A stretch of DNA of 64,000 nt, from positions 1-64,000 of IMG/VR virus record IMGVR_UViG_3300042453_001086. The stretch is one strand, 5' to 3'. The position numbers were made by a program, and so were the translations under genes. Positions 14,721 through 21,698 of the stretch are shown piece by piece (positions within the stretch are counted from its first letter, which is position 1; every line of letters starts with the position of its first letter). This DNA comes from a virus. Under the pieces are notes generated by a model. That model had not been told where the DNA came from. It was given only the letters and a program-made list of their open reading frames with translations, and made no database searches.

Positions 14721-15249
14721 GGTAGACAGTGCGGCTTGGATTAGGTTTACCATCTTTCATGTCTTGGAGATACTGTATTATACCACGAACTACTGGGGTG
14801 TCTTGGAAGTATTCGTGCATTCGATAACAATCAAACTTTTCATTGTATTGAATGAAGTCATGTAATGGATCCATGTTACGACGGTAAGCATAGATGAATA
14901 CATCTTCATCTTTGATACCATGTTTGTTGATGATATCTAACGGATAAAACTTTTCTCCATCTTCATCTCTTTCTTCTTTTGTGTCAAACTTAAAGTGAAG
15001 ACCATCGTAATATTTGTTGTGTAACTCTTCATCTGGTGCTACACGAACTCTTTCATTCTCTCTCATAATGTATTCCATACGACCTTTGGCATCTTCGTTA
15101 GTCAAACGGAATACAATGTTGCCGATGTAGTAATGTACAGGACCGCCATAAAGATGGGATGATTCTCTTCTTCTGAATGACAGATGAGTAATCTCAAATC
15201 CACGGTCTTCATCTTCAGTTTCAACTAATCCTTGTGTCAACATAATCAA
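14671..15249 (-). CDS. Hypothetical protein, 192 aa
   Basis: Long ORF ending EQFLNTLTNLCWWWD; ATGA-type coupling upstream. Confidence 0.7.
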   Translation of the reverse strand: MIMLTQGLVETEDEDRGFEITHLSFRRRESSHLYGGPVHYYIGNIVFRLTNEDAKGRMEYIMRENERVRVAPDEELHNKYYDGLHFKFDTKEERDEDGEKFYPLDIINKHGIKDEDVFIYAYRRNMDPLHDFIQYNEKFDCYRMHEYFQDTPVVRGIIQYLQDMKDGKPNPSRTVYHEQFLNTLTNLCWWWD

Positions 15250-15461
15250 TAACGCTCAGGGATTTGATCGTAATCTAATGGATGGTCTTGTTTCTTTTCT
15301 TGCTTACGAAACTTTTTGAGGTCTTCAAACAAGTGTTTGATTTTTTTATATGCCTCATTAGCATCTTGTTTACCTGCCATTTCAGCAGCAATAATATACT
15401 CTACTTTTTTACCGAAGTCAAATAGATGATACTCAAAATCTGTTTGATGTTGATATGACAT
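15246..15461 (-). CDS. Conserved small cyanophage protein
   Basis: MSYQHQTDFEYHLFDFGKKVEYIIAAEMAGK; GGAGG SD. Confidence 0.75.
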   Translation of the reverse strand: MSYQHQTDFEYHLFDFGKKVEYIIAAEMAGKQDANEAYKKIKHLFEDLKKFRKQEKKQDHPLDYDQIPERY

Positions 15462-15485
15462 TTGACCTCCTTTGTTTTTAGTATA

Positions 15486-15578
15486 TAGGGGTGGAGGGAG
15501 TCGAACCCCCAACCGCGCACTAATCTGGTGCATACAGAAGGTATAAGCTTCTCGCTCTGCCAATTGAGCTACACCCCC
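15486..15578 (-). tRNA. tRNA-Ile(TAT) with a long variable arm
   Basis: Stem AGAAG/CTTCT, loop CT-TAT-AC; 25-nt variable region with a GCAC/GTGC stem. Confidence 0.85.
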
Positions 15579-15581
15579 TTA

Positions 15582-15654
15582 TGGAGAATAGCGGACTCGA
15601 ACCGCTGACATTCGCCTTGCAAAGGCGCTACTCTACCAACTGAGTTAATTCCCC
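15582..15654 (-). tRNA. tRNA-Ala(TGC)
   Basis: G3:U70; loop TT-TGC-AA. Confidence 0.95.
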
Positions 15655-15801
15655 CTGTATTCGGGCATAGTTTTCATATGGCATCAGAAGAACATCCCCA
15701 CCATTGGAAGTGGTAATAATAAAACTTTCTTTGTTTAGCATTACATTGTCCATGATTTCATCAAAGTCGTGACAAAAAGTTTCTTCTGTAATCGTTTTCA
15801 T
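15628..15801 (-). CDS. Phd/YefM antitoxin-like small protein; 3' end reads into tRNA-Ala
   Basis: MKTITEETFCHDFDEIMDNVMLNKESFIITTSNGGDVLLMPYENY resembles the Phd/YefM pattern. Confidence 0.55.
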   Translation of the reverse strand: MKTITEETFCHDFDEIMDNVMLNKESFIITTSNGGDVLLMPYENYARIQGELTQLVE

Positions 15802-16070
15802 ACCATACACTCCATGTCTTTTTCTTCTTGTAGGCAACCAATACTGGTTAGATATTCAATAGTTTCAGTGCAACCTCCTACACGATGACCATCAAGGGTA
15901 ACCTGAGGGAATGTTGAACCTTCACCAAACTCATTATAGAATGCTTCTCTGTCAAAGTCAACATCCAGTTTGTACTGTGTGTATTTGACAGTAAAACTAT
16001 CAAGGATAACCTTGAGTTTACGACAATATTCACAGTTATCTCGTGTGTAAATAACCAGTTGCGAAATCAT
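15798..16070 (-). CDS. Glutaredoxin
   Basis: CEYC active site; STFPQV and VGGC motifs. Confidence 0.9.
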   Translation of the reverse strand: MISQLVIYTRDNCEYCRKLKVILDSFTVKYTQYKLDVDFDREAFYNEFGEGSTFPQVTLDGHRVGGCTETIEYLTSIGCLQEEKDMECMV

Positions 16071-16091
16071 TAATCTCTCCTAAAAGAAGAA

Positions 16092-16165
16092 TCGGGATGA
16101 CAGGATTCGAACCTGCGACATCTCGCTCCCAAAGCGAGTGCTCTACCAAACTGAGCTACATCCCG
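16092..16165 (-). tRNA. tRNA-Pro(TGG)
   Basis: Cloverleaf; loop TT-TGG-GA. Confidence 0.95.
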
Positions 16166-16168
16166 TGA

Positions 16169-16298
16169 TGGAGTAAGCGTAATATACCTCAAGGGCATAA
16201 CAGAGGCTTACCCTCTATCGTATCACAGCAGACAAGTTTATCTCCAGGCGCTTGTGATAAGTTGGTCTCCTTCTAGGCTATCTGCCTAACGAGTACCA
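16169..16298 (-). ncRNA. Unassigned ~130-nt structured RNA (paralog 2) between tRNA-Ser and tRNA-Pro
   Basis: 5' hairpin nearly identical to 13615-13575 with compensatory changes; further stems TATCACA/TGTGATA and AGAGG-GTAAG-CCTCT; ends in CCA. Confidence 0.65.
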
Positions 16299-16300
16299 AG

Positions 16301-16385
16301 CGGAAGTGGTAGGATTTGAACCCACGATGGCTTTCACCATGCTTGTTTTCAAGACAAGTGCCTTAAACCACTCGGCCACACTTCC
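16301..16385 (-). tRNA. tRNA-Ser(TGA)
   Basis: Class II cloverleaf; loop CT-TGA-AA; G73. Confidence 0.95.
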
Positions 16386-16402
16386 ATTTGTTTGACCTCC
16401 AT

Positions 16403-16432
16403 ATTATATAGGAGGTCTGGGGGGTCTGTCAA
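16403..16432 (-). promoter_or_regulatory. sigma70 promoter for the Ser-ncRNA-Pro-grx unit
   Basis: TTGACA-N18-TATAAT; the -35 sits inside GGGGGG/CCCCCC. Confidence 0.75.
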
Positions 16433-16445
16433 CCCCCCGTGGTCA

Positions 16446-17300
16446 TCAGAACTTGATGCCCAGACCCGTGGTGAACACAGGAGAGTAAGAACCCGTACCA
16501 ACTTTCTCGGTAGGGAACTTCAGATCAGCAAAACCAATCAGGGAGTTGGTGATGCGACCTTCCAAACCAAGAGCAAGCACAGCAGTGCCAGTGCCTACAG
16601 CAGACTGAGAGTTTGCTTCAACACCGTTGACGAAAGGAACTTGGTAACCAGCAGCGGCATAGATGTTAGCGGCGCTTACACCTGCCTTACGGGCGATGCT
16701 CCAGTCATAGGAGAGCATAGCACCACCAGCAGCACCGATGTTGCTATCAGGACCAGCAACAGCATTGATGTAAGGGCGAACCGATACAGCATTCTGGTTG
16801 CTGAAAGTCTTCACAGCATAGCGAGCTTGGAGAGTACCACCAGAGATGGTGCTGTTGGCAGTCTTACCACCACCGTCAACGCCTTGCTTATTCAGCAGGA
16901 CGCCAAGACCAACGTAGTTACCTACGCCTTGTGCCTTGCGAGCAGCAGCGACCTCAAGGGCGCTCACGCGGGTGTTGGTAGCAGCGATCTCTTTAGCAAA
17001 CTGAGCGCGTAGAGCGGCAGCCAGAGCAGCGTCAGCGGCGCTCTGATACTCGCTGATACGGTCAAGGCAAGCGTTGGTGAGAGCGGCGAGCTCAGCACGG
17101 GAAGCGGGTTGACCAGGCTCAAAAGTGCCATTGGGGTAACCAGCAACACAACCGTAGCGAGAGATCAGGTTAGAGATAGCCTGATACGACCAATCAGTAG
17201 GTTGCACATCTTTCAGTTGAGTCACACTGGTGACTTGTGCCATGGCAGGAGCAGCAATAGAAGCAGCAGCAACGCCAGCAGCAATAAACGAACGAATCAT
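16446..17300 (-). CDS. Outer-membrane protein: signal peptide, SLH domain, coiled coil and small beta-barrel
   Basis: DVQPTDWSYQAISNLISRYGCVAGYPNGTF...SRAELAA matches cyanobacterial porin SLH N-termini; amphipathic strands end in GLGIKF (terminal Phe). Confidence 0.85.
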   Translation of the reverse strand: MIRSFIAAGVAAASIAAPAMAQVTSVTQLKDVQPTDWSYQAISNLISRYGCVAGYPNGTFEPGQPASRAELAALTNACLDRISEYQSAADAALAAALRAQFAKEIAATNTRVSALEVAAARKAQGVGNYVGLGVLLNKQGVDGGGKTANSTISGGTLQARYAVKTFSNQNAVSVRPYINAVAGPDSNIGAAGGAMLSYDWSIARKAGVSAANIYAAAGYQVPFVNGVEANSQSAVGTGTAVLALGLEGRITNSLIGFADLKFPTEKVGTGSYSPVFTTGLGIKF

Positions 17301-17345
17301 AATAGTTTCTTAAGATTTAAACGACATGTCATGCCCATAGGGCAA

Positions 17346-17434
17346 CGGAAGTGGTTGGATTTGAACCAACGGATGCCCATAAAGACATCGGCGGTTTAGC
17401 AAACCGCTGCATTAAGCCGCTCTGCCACACTTCC
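17346..17434 (-). tRNA. tRNA-Ser(GCT)
   Basis: Class II cloverleaf; loop TT-GCT-AA; G1 is shared with the TAG stop of the upstream ORF. Confidence 0.95.
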
Positions 17435-17691
17435 TAGCGGATTTCAAAGTCCAGTTTTCTGGGTATTCTCTTAGTATAACCTGCTACAGGAGGATTGTCA
17501 ACCCTTTTCTCTTTCGGTTTACCGACTCCATCAACAGCAGTAATGTGCGACAAGTCATTGCCACTGATAATAGGCATACCACTTCTATCTAACCTCAGAA
17601 GGGTATGATTATCGCAGCCACATGACTTGCTTTTGTTTGGTTGATATACTTCTAACTCTACGCCACATGCGTTACATCTGATCTTTGCCAT
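17434..17691 (-). CDS. Small Cys-rich hypothetical protein
   Basis: IRCNACG...SCGCDN...KRIPRKLDFEIR. Confidence 0.75.
   Translation of the reverse strand: MAKIRCNACGVELEVYQPNKSKSCGCDNHTLLRLDRSGMPIISGNDLSHITAVDGVGKPKEKRVDNPPVAGYTKRIPRKLDFEIR
17473..17501 (-). promoter_or_regulatory. Internal sigma70 promoter driving tRNA-Ser(GCT) and the outer-membrane protein gene
   Basis: TTGACA-N17-TATACT inside the coding sequence. Confidence 0.7.
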
Positions 17692-17902
17692 TTTTTTCTT
17701 TTAACCACTCTGCCATTTCTTTTTGCATTTTTTTAGATTCTCTATCAAGTTGTTGCTTCATATTTCTTGCCATGTTCCACCGAATAAAGTTGATATGCAT
17801 TAACTTTATTCTTAAGTTAATGTACTCTGGTACATTTGGATCCTGCCAGATGATATACACCAGAGCACAGATTAGTATTAAAGAAATATAGTATGTATTC
17901 AT
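17672..17902 (-). CDS. Small membrane protein
   Basis: N-terminal hydrophobic stretch followed by WQDPNVPEYI. Confidence 0.7.
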   Translation of the reverse strand: MNTYYISLILICALVYIIWQDPNVPEYINLRIKLMHINFIRWNMARNMKQQLDRESKKMQKEMAEWLKEKNGKDQM

Positions 17903-17910
17903 AGTTTATA

Positions 17911-17982
17911 TGGGCGATACTGGAATCGAACCAGTGACAGCTTGCTTGTAAGGCAAGAGCTCTACCGCTGAGCTAATCGCCC
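17911..17982 (-). tRNA. tRNA-Val(TAC)
   Basis: Cloverleaf; loop CT-TAC-AA. Confidence 0.95.
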
Positions 17983-18058
17983 TGGCGCTTCAGGTTGGAT
18001 TCGAACCAACGGCTAACCGCTTAGAAGGCGGATACTCTGTCCCCTGAGTTACTGAAGC
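17983..18058 (-). tRNA. tRNA-Arg(TCT), CCA encoded
   Basis: Cloverleaf; loop CT-TCT-AA. Confidence 0.95.
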
Positions 18059-18066
18059 ATGAAAGT

Positions 18067-18095
18067 ATTATATCACTGCTTAGGGCAGTTGTCAA
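18067..18095 (-). promoter_or_regulatory. Consensus sigma70 promoter for Arg-Val tRNAs
   Basis: TTGACA-N17-TATAAT. Confidence 0.85.
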
Positions 18096-18474
18096 GCCAT
18101 GGAGCACAGAGTCTCATCGGTGGAGCGAGTGCTTTGCACTCATCACTGTAGCATAATGTTTCGTCATTTGCTTCTTCTATATAGCGAGGTTTATATACTT
18201 GTGCTTTTGATAAACCAGATTGTCTCCAATAATCATCAATAGCATTGGTGACATCTCGTTCTACTCTACGTTTTACTTTGTCAGGGTCTTTAACAATAAC
18301 CCTGTTAATAGTAGTCTGCGGGAAAAACTTTCTTTGAACTTCGTCAAGTAAATCCCAAAGGTTGTTTTCATGTATTCCAGTGCATTGTGAGAGTGCTGCA
18401 ATGATAGAAGATAATACGATACTGGTTGTTATAATAGTTTTGTTAGAGGGCTTACCAAAGTGAAAGTTAAACAT
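18073..18474 (-). CDS. Conserved cyanophage hypothetical protein with an N-terminal hydrophobic segment
   Basis: MFNFHFGK...IIAALSQCTG...CYSDECKALAPPMRLCAPW; late promoter ATAAATA at ~18503. Confidence 0.75.
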   Translation of the reverse strand: MFNFHFGKPSNKTIITTSIVLSSIIAALSQCTGIHENNLWDLLDEVQRKFFPQTTINRVIVKDPDKVKRRVERDVTNAIDDYWRQSGLSKAQVYKPRYIEEANDETLCYSDECKALAPPMRLCAPWLDNCPKQ

Positions 18475-18516
18475 AAAGGGGAGGTCTGCAGCACTCCCCA
18501 ATATTTATTCAGTTAT

Positions 18517-18879
18517 TCAAACCCTTGAATAGCAGACGCTGGCAACGCCTTGACTGGGTGAAGCAATAGTTGAGAATGCACCATAAGACAAGTCAAGGTC
18601 TCTCCCACCAACGTAGGGACCGCGATCATTTACGCGCACAATTACCGTCTTACCATTTCGTTGATTTGTAACTCTTAATCTAGTTCCGAAAGGAAGCCAT
18701 TTGTGTGCTACTGATTTGCCATAAGCATTGTATCTTTCGCCGTTTGCAGTCGTCTGCCCATGATATCCATCACCTACTCCATAATGTGATGCGAGGGAAC
18801 ATCCGCTCGCTGCCTTTGCCTGCAGGGGTGCCAATCCTGTAACTGCAATGGCAAGAATTGAAAGTGATTTAAGAAGCAT
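18517..18879 (-). CDS. rlpA: RlpA-family (DPBB) septal ring lytic transglycosylase with signal peptide
   Basis: ASHYG...TANGERYN...AHKWLPFGT...VRVNDRGPY...DLDLS. Confidence 0.9.
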   Translation of the reverse strand: MLLKSLSILAIAVTGLAPLQAKAASGCSLASHYGVGDGYHGQTTANGERYNAYGKSVAHKWLPFGTRLRVTNQRNGKTVIVRVNDRGPYVGGRDLDLSYGAFSTIASPSQGVASVCYSRV

Positions 18880-18885
18880 TAATTT

Positions 18886-18962
18886 TAATAGAACTCTACA
18901 TCCGAATAGAAGGGGGGTATACCACAACCATCTCTGGGGGCACCTTCCTCGGCTCTAAATGT
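18886..18962 (-). ncRNA. Structured 5' leader RNA upstream of rlpA
   Basis: Nested stems UAGAGC/GUUCUA, CCGA/UCGG, GGAAGG/CCUUCU and CCA-GAGA-UGG. Confidence 0.5.
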
Positions 18963-19009
18963 CACTCACGTTATAATAATGAGACTCCTCACAAATGTGA
19001 AGAAATCAT

Positions 19010-19054
19010 AATATAACACGTATTTAGCTTTCTGTCAAGCCCCCCTCATAAATA
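19010..19054. promoter_or_regulatory. Divergent promoters: sigma70 leftward (rlpA), late ATAAATA rightward
   Basis: TTGACA-N17-TATATT on minus; ATAAATA at 19048-19054 on plus. Confidence 0.7.
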
Positions 19055-19075
19055 TAGTGTATCGGTATACCGAAT

Positions 19076-19180
19076 ATGTCTAAGTCAAAAAACAAAGGTA
19101 GCAAGGCTGCCAAGAAACCCAAACAAAATCAAGGGAATGCGACTGCGAAGAAGGCAAAGAACGGGGGTAAGAAAAAGTGA
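19076..19180 (+). CDS. 34-aa Lys-rich basic peptide (absent from ORF track)
   Basis: MSKSKNKGSKAAKKPKQNQGNATAKKAKNGGKKK; first ORF after the late promoter. Confidence 0.65.
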   Translation: MSKSKNKGSKAAKKPKQNQGNATAKKAKNGGKKK

Positions 19181-19183
19181 AGT

Positions 19184-19375
19184 ATGCCAAGAGAATGGAA
19201 TACTCCCAAACGTGAGCCTTGGAACGCACCTATACATCATATTCTCAAAGCAATAGACAATCACACTCAAGAGTATTTCAAGAGTGGTAATACGTGGCAT
19301 CTACACAAAGCAGACGAACTTAGACAATATCTACACGAGTTAAAAACATGGATTCATAAGGAGGAAGGACGATGA
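19184..19375 (+). CDS. Conserved cyanophage hypothetical protein
   Basis: MPREWNTPKREPWNAPIH..LKAIDNH. Confidence 0.8.
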   Translation: MPREWNTPKREPWNAPIHHILKAIDNHTQEYFKSGNTWHLHKADELRQYLHELKTWIHKEEGR

Positions 19376-19668
19376 ATGAAACACCAGAAGAGTTAGCAGT
19401 AGAAGAAAAGAAAGAAAAAAAGTCTCACCTAGATGCGGTGATTAGTTGGTTGCTAGGTGCAGTTGTAACAGCAATCATCTCAATGGTATTCTTCAACTAT
19501 GCTGTGTGTAACATCAAACATCCATTGAACCTTCAGTATCTTTATACTGTCAATGGGTTGAGTAAAAATAAAACTCCTCCTAGCAAATGTGACGATACAA
19601 ACTCCAAGTCTATAGAGACATTGGTTGGGTTGCTCGCTACATTAATCGCACTTAAAACTAAGCTTTAA
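19372..19668 (+). CDS. Two-TM membrane protein (holin/lysis accessory candidate)
   Basis: Two hydrophobic segments bracketing a Cys...Cys loop; ATGA overlap. Confidence 0.6.
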   Translation: MNETPEELAVEEKKEKKSHLDAVISWLLGAVVTAIISMVFFNYAVCNIKHPLNLQYLYTVNGLSKNKTPPSKCDDTNSKSIETLVGLLATLIALKTKL

Positions 19669-19672
19669 GAAA

Positions 19673-20014
19673 ATGTATACTTACAAAGTAAAAAAAATCA
19701 ACCGAGTCGTTGATGGAGACACAGTTGATTTGGATATTGATTTAGGATTTGGTATTACGATATCACAAAGAGTCCGTCTTAAAGGTATTAATACTGCTGA
19801 AACTAGAACTAAAGATTTAGCAGAGAAGGAAAGAGGTCTAGCAGCAAAGGTATGGTTAGAAGAACAACTATCCCGTGAAGGTAAGTGGATCATTGAAACC
19901 ACAAAAGAGGACAAGTATGGAAGAATACTTGGCACTCTTTATCTTGCAGGTGATTCAGTCACAATCAATGAATGGATGATGAATGAAGGTATTGCCGAAC
20001 CTTATTCATGTTGA
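19673..20014 (+). CDS. Thermonuclease (SNase-like) family protein
   Basis: RVVDGDTVD...RVRLKGINTAE...DKYGRILG. Confidence 0.85.
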   Translation: MYTYKVKKINRVVDGDTVDLDIDLGFGITISQRVRLKGINTAETRTKDLAEKERGLAAKVWLEEQLSREGKWIIETTKEDKYGRILGTLYLAGDSVTINEWMMNEGIAEPYSC

Positions 20015-20494
20015 CCAGAGTTTACCCTCTGCTTTTCTACGTCTCAGTAGTCCTGCCTCTACATTGCTGCCAGGATTACGATACATTTCCAGCACCTTAG
20101 GCACTTCATTCCATTTACGCTCTCTTAGGATGCGTGTAATAGTATAGAAGTTGCTACTACCATAAAAATCTCCACCAAGATTATAAGCAAAGCAAAGTAA
20201 AGCCCCTCTTTGATTTTCATTCATCTCACTCCAATAAGGAATCTTAGATAGTTTAGGCAGAAACTCTTTCTTCAGTTGCTCATACAGAAGTTGGTCTGCC
20301 TGAAACTGAGTAATCATGTCACCTATTTTAAATGGTTTGCCATTAGAATCTCTAGTGCTTCCCCATCCTATAGTAATAGGTAATCCACCAGTGAGAGGAT
20401 CATTGTATGCATACAAATGGCATCCTTCAAACTCTTTGATAAGTCTGATGCCTCCCTCTGGCAGACCATCATCTATAGAGATGAGGGGTGTCAC
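20006..20494 (-). CDS. GH24 lysozyme (endolysin)
   Basis: IKEFEG..L.AY.D....TIGWGST catalytic motif; GLLRRRKAE. Confidence 0.92.
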   Translation of the reverse strand: MTPLISIDDGLPEGGIRLIKEFEGCHLYAYNDPLTGGLPITIGWGSTRDSNGKPFKIGDMITQFQADQLLYEQLKKEFLPKLSKIPYWSEMNENQRGALLCFAYNLGGDFYGSSNFYTITRILRERKWNEVPKVLEMYRNPGSNVEAGLLRRRKAEGKLWST

Positions 20495-21186
20495 TTTTTT
20501 GCATCAAAGATTCTGCCCCATCCGTCGTTGCCTGCAGGACACCACCTACGAGCGAGTTCTGAACGCTTGTAGACTGCGCCCTCGCCGTTGGTCACAGCGC
20601 CTGTGTAACCATCGTTGAGACTGCCGTAGGGGTCGTTGACGACGTAATCGCCTGCAGGAGTCTTGCCGATGACTACAACCATGTGCCCACCAATAGGATT
20701 AGATAGAGGACCACGATGGAGGATGCCAATAACAACGGGTCGCCCAGCAGCAAGCTCACGGTCAAGGTCAGCAAAAGAAAGACCGTAACTAAAGTGTGAC
20801 TTAATGCCATAAGACGCCAACACACGGGTCTGAACCACATGGTCAGTTGAGTCACCGATTGCAAATACTTTTTGAACGTAAGCATCATCGCCTTTCGCTC
20901 CCTTGAGTGTGCCTGGTTTGAAATATTCTAACACCATAGCACAAGCAGATGAGTTACAGGTGCGGTTGGCATCTCTGTAGTTATCTGTCTGTGGAAAATA
21001 GGGCACATCAAGGATTGATGATTTTGGTTTCTCTGGTTGAGTTCTATAGATTTTAACCCAGTTTGCTGAGTCTTCCATGAGTGGAGAATCCTTGAGGTCA
21101 ACCTCAAGTTGCTCTACAGCAGCAACGTGCTTAGGATTCTTCTCATCAAAATGTTTGAAGAAGTTGTGTAAATCAATCTTTGCCAT
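20491..21186 (-). CDS. C39-like cysteine peptidase (cell-wall hydrolase)
   Basis: QTDNY...RTCNSSACAM; GGHMVVVIG; VNDPYG. Confidence 0.88.
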   Translation of the reverse strand: MAKIDLHNFFKHFDEKNPKHVAAVEQLEVDLKDSPLMEDSANWVKIYRTQPEKPKSSILDVPYFPQTDNYRDANRTCNSSACAMVLEYFKPGTLKGAKGDDAYVQKVFAIGDSTDHVVQTRVLASYGIKSHFSYGLSFADLDRELAAGRPVVIGILHRGPLSNPIGGHMVVVIGKTPAGDYVVNDPYGSLNDGYTGAVTNGEGAVYKRSELARRWCPAGNDGWGRIFDAKK

Positions 21187-21520
21187 CTTTGTCTCCGAAT
21201 AGTTGAATGTAATACTCTGCGTCTACGACTACCAGTGGTTTCTTGCCATTCTTTTTGATAACAACAATAGGCTCATAGTCACCACGATTGGCAGTTGCCT
21301 GCTCATAGGCTTCCCAGATATTTAGTTTCTCTACATTCTTACATTCAATGCTATGAGGAAACTTCTGGCGAGCAGCACGAGCCATGATAAGGTCTTCGCC
21401 ACCAGCACCCATGCTACGAGATTCAATATCTTCTGGGTGAACCTCAAGCATTTCAATGAGTTTATCTCTTACCCACTGTTGCAGACGGCGACCCTTCGCT
21501 TTCGCTGAACTTGGATTCAT
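21173..21520 (-). CDS. Putative Holliday junction resolvase (PD-(D/E)XK)
   Basis: KAKGRRLQQWV...MGAGGEDL...SIECKNVEKLNIW. Confidence 0.8.
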   Translation of the reverse strand: MNPSSAKAKGRRLQQWVRDKLIEMLEVHPEDIESRSMGAGGEDLIMARAARQKFPHSIECKNVEKLNIWEAYEQATANRGDYEPIVVIKKNGKKPLVVVDAEYYIQLFGDKDGKD

Positions 21521-21551
21521 AATAAAAAACCTCCACGATGGAGGTATTTAT
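21521..21551 (-). promoter_or_regulatory. Late promoter abutting a hairpin that contains the SD sequence
   Basis: ATAAATA-CCTCCA-TCG-TGGAGG-TTTTTT-ATT-ATG. Confidence 0.75.
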
Positions 21552-21698
21552 CTATTCAGTTGAACCAGGGGTCGGAAATCTCCTCTTTAGTGCTGCTAGC
21601 ATGTATGCTTGTGACAGACTCTTCGGACCTTCCTTCTCCAGTTGCTCCTTCATTTTGAGCAACTTTTCTAGGTTTCTTTTTCGCAGAAACTTTTTCAC
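21552..21698 (-). CDS. Small basic protein, 48 aa (GTG start overlapping the nrdB stop)
   Basis: MKKFLRKRNLEKLLKMKEQLEKEGPKSLSQAYMLAALKRRF; a different frame from the ORF track. Confidence 0.6.
   Translation of the reverse strand: MKKFLRKRNLEKLLKMKEQLEKEGPKSLSQAYMLAALKRRFPTPGSTE

Noticed and set aside
17300-17345. Possible Pho box upstream of the outer-membrane protein gene (TTTAAATCTTAAG)
   Set aside because: The half-sites are 7 nt apart rather than the 11-nt period required.
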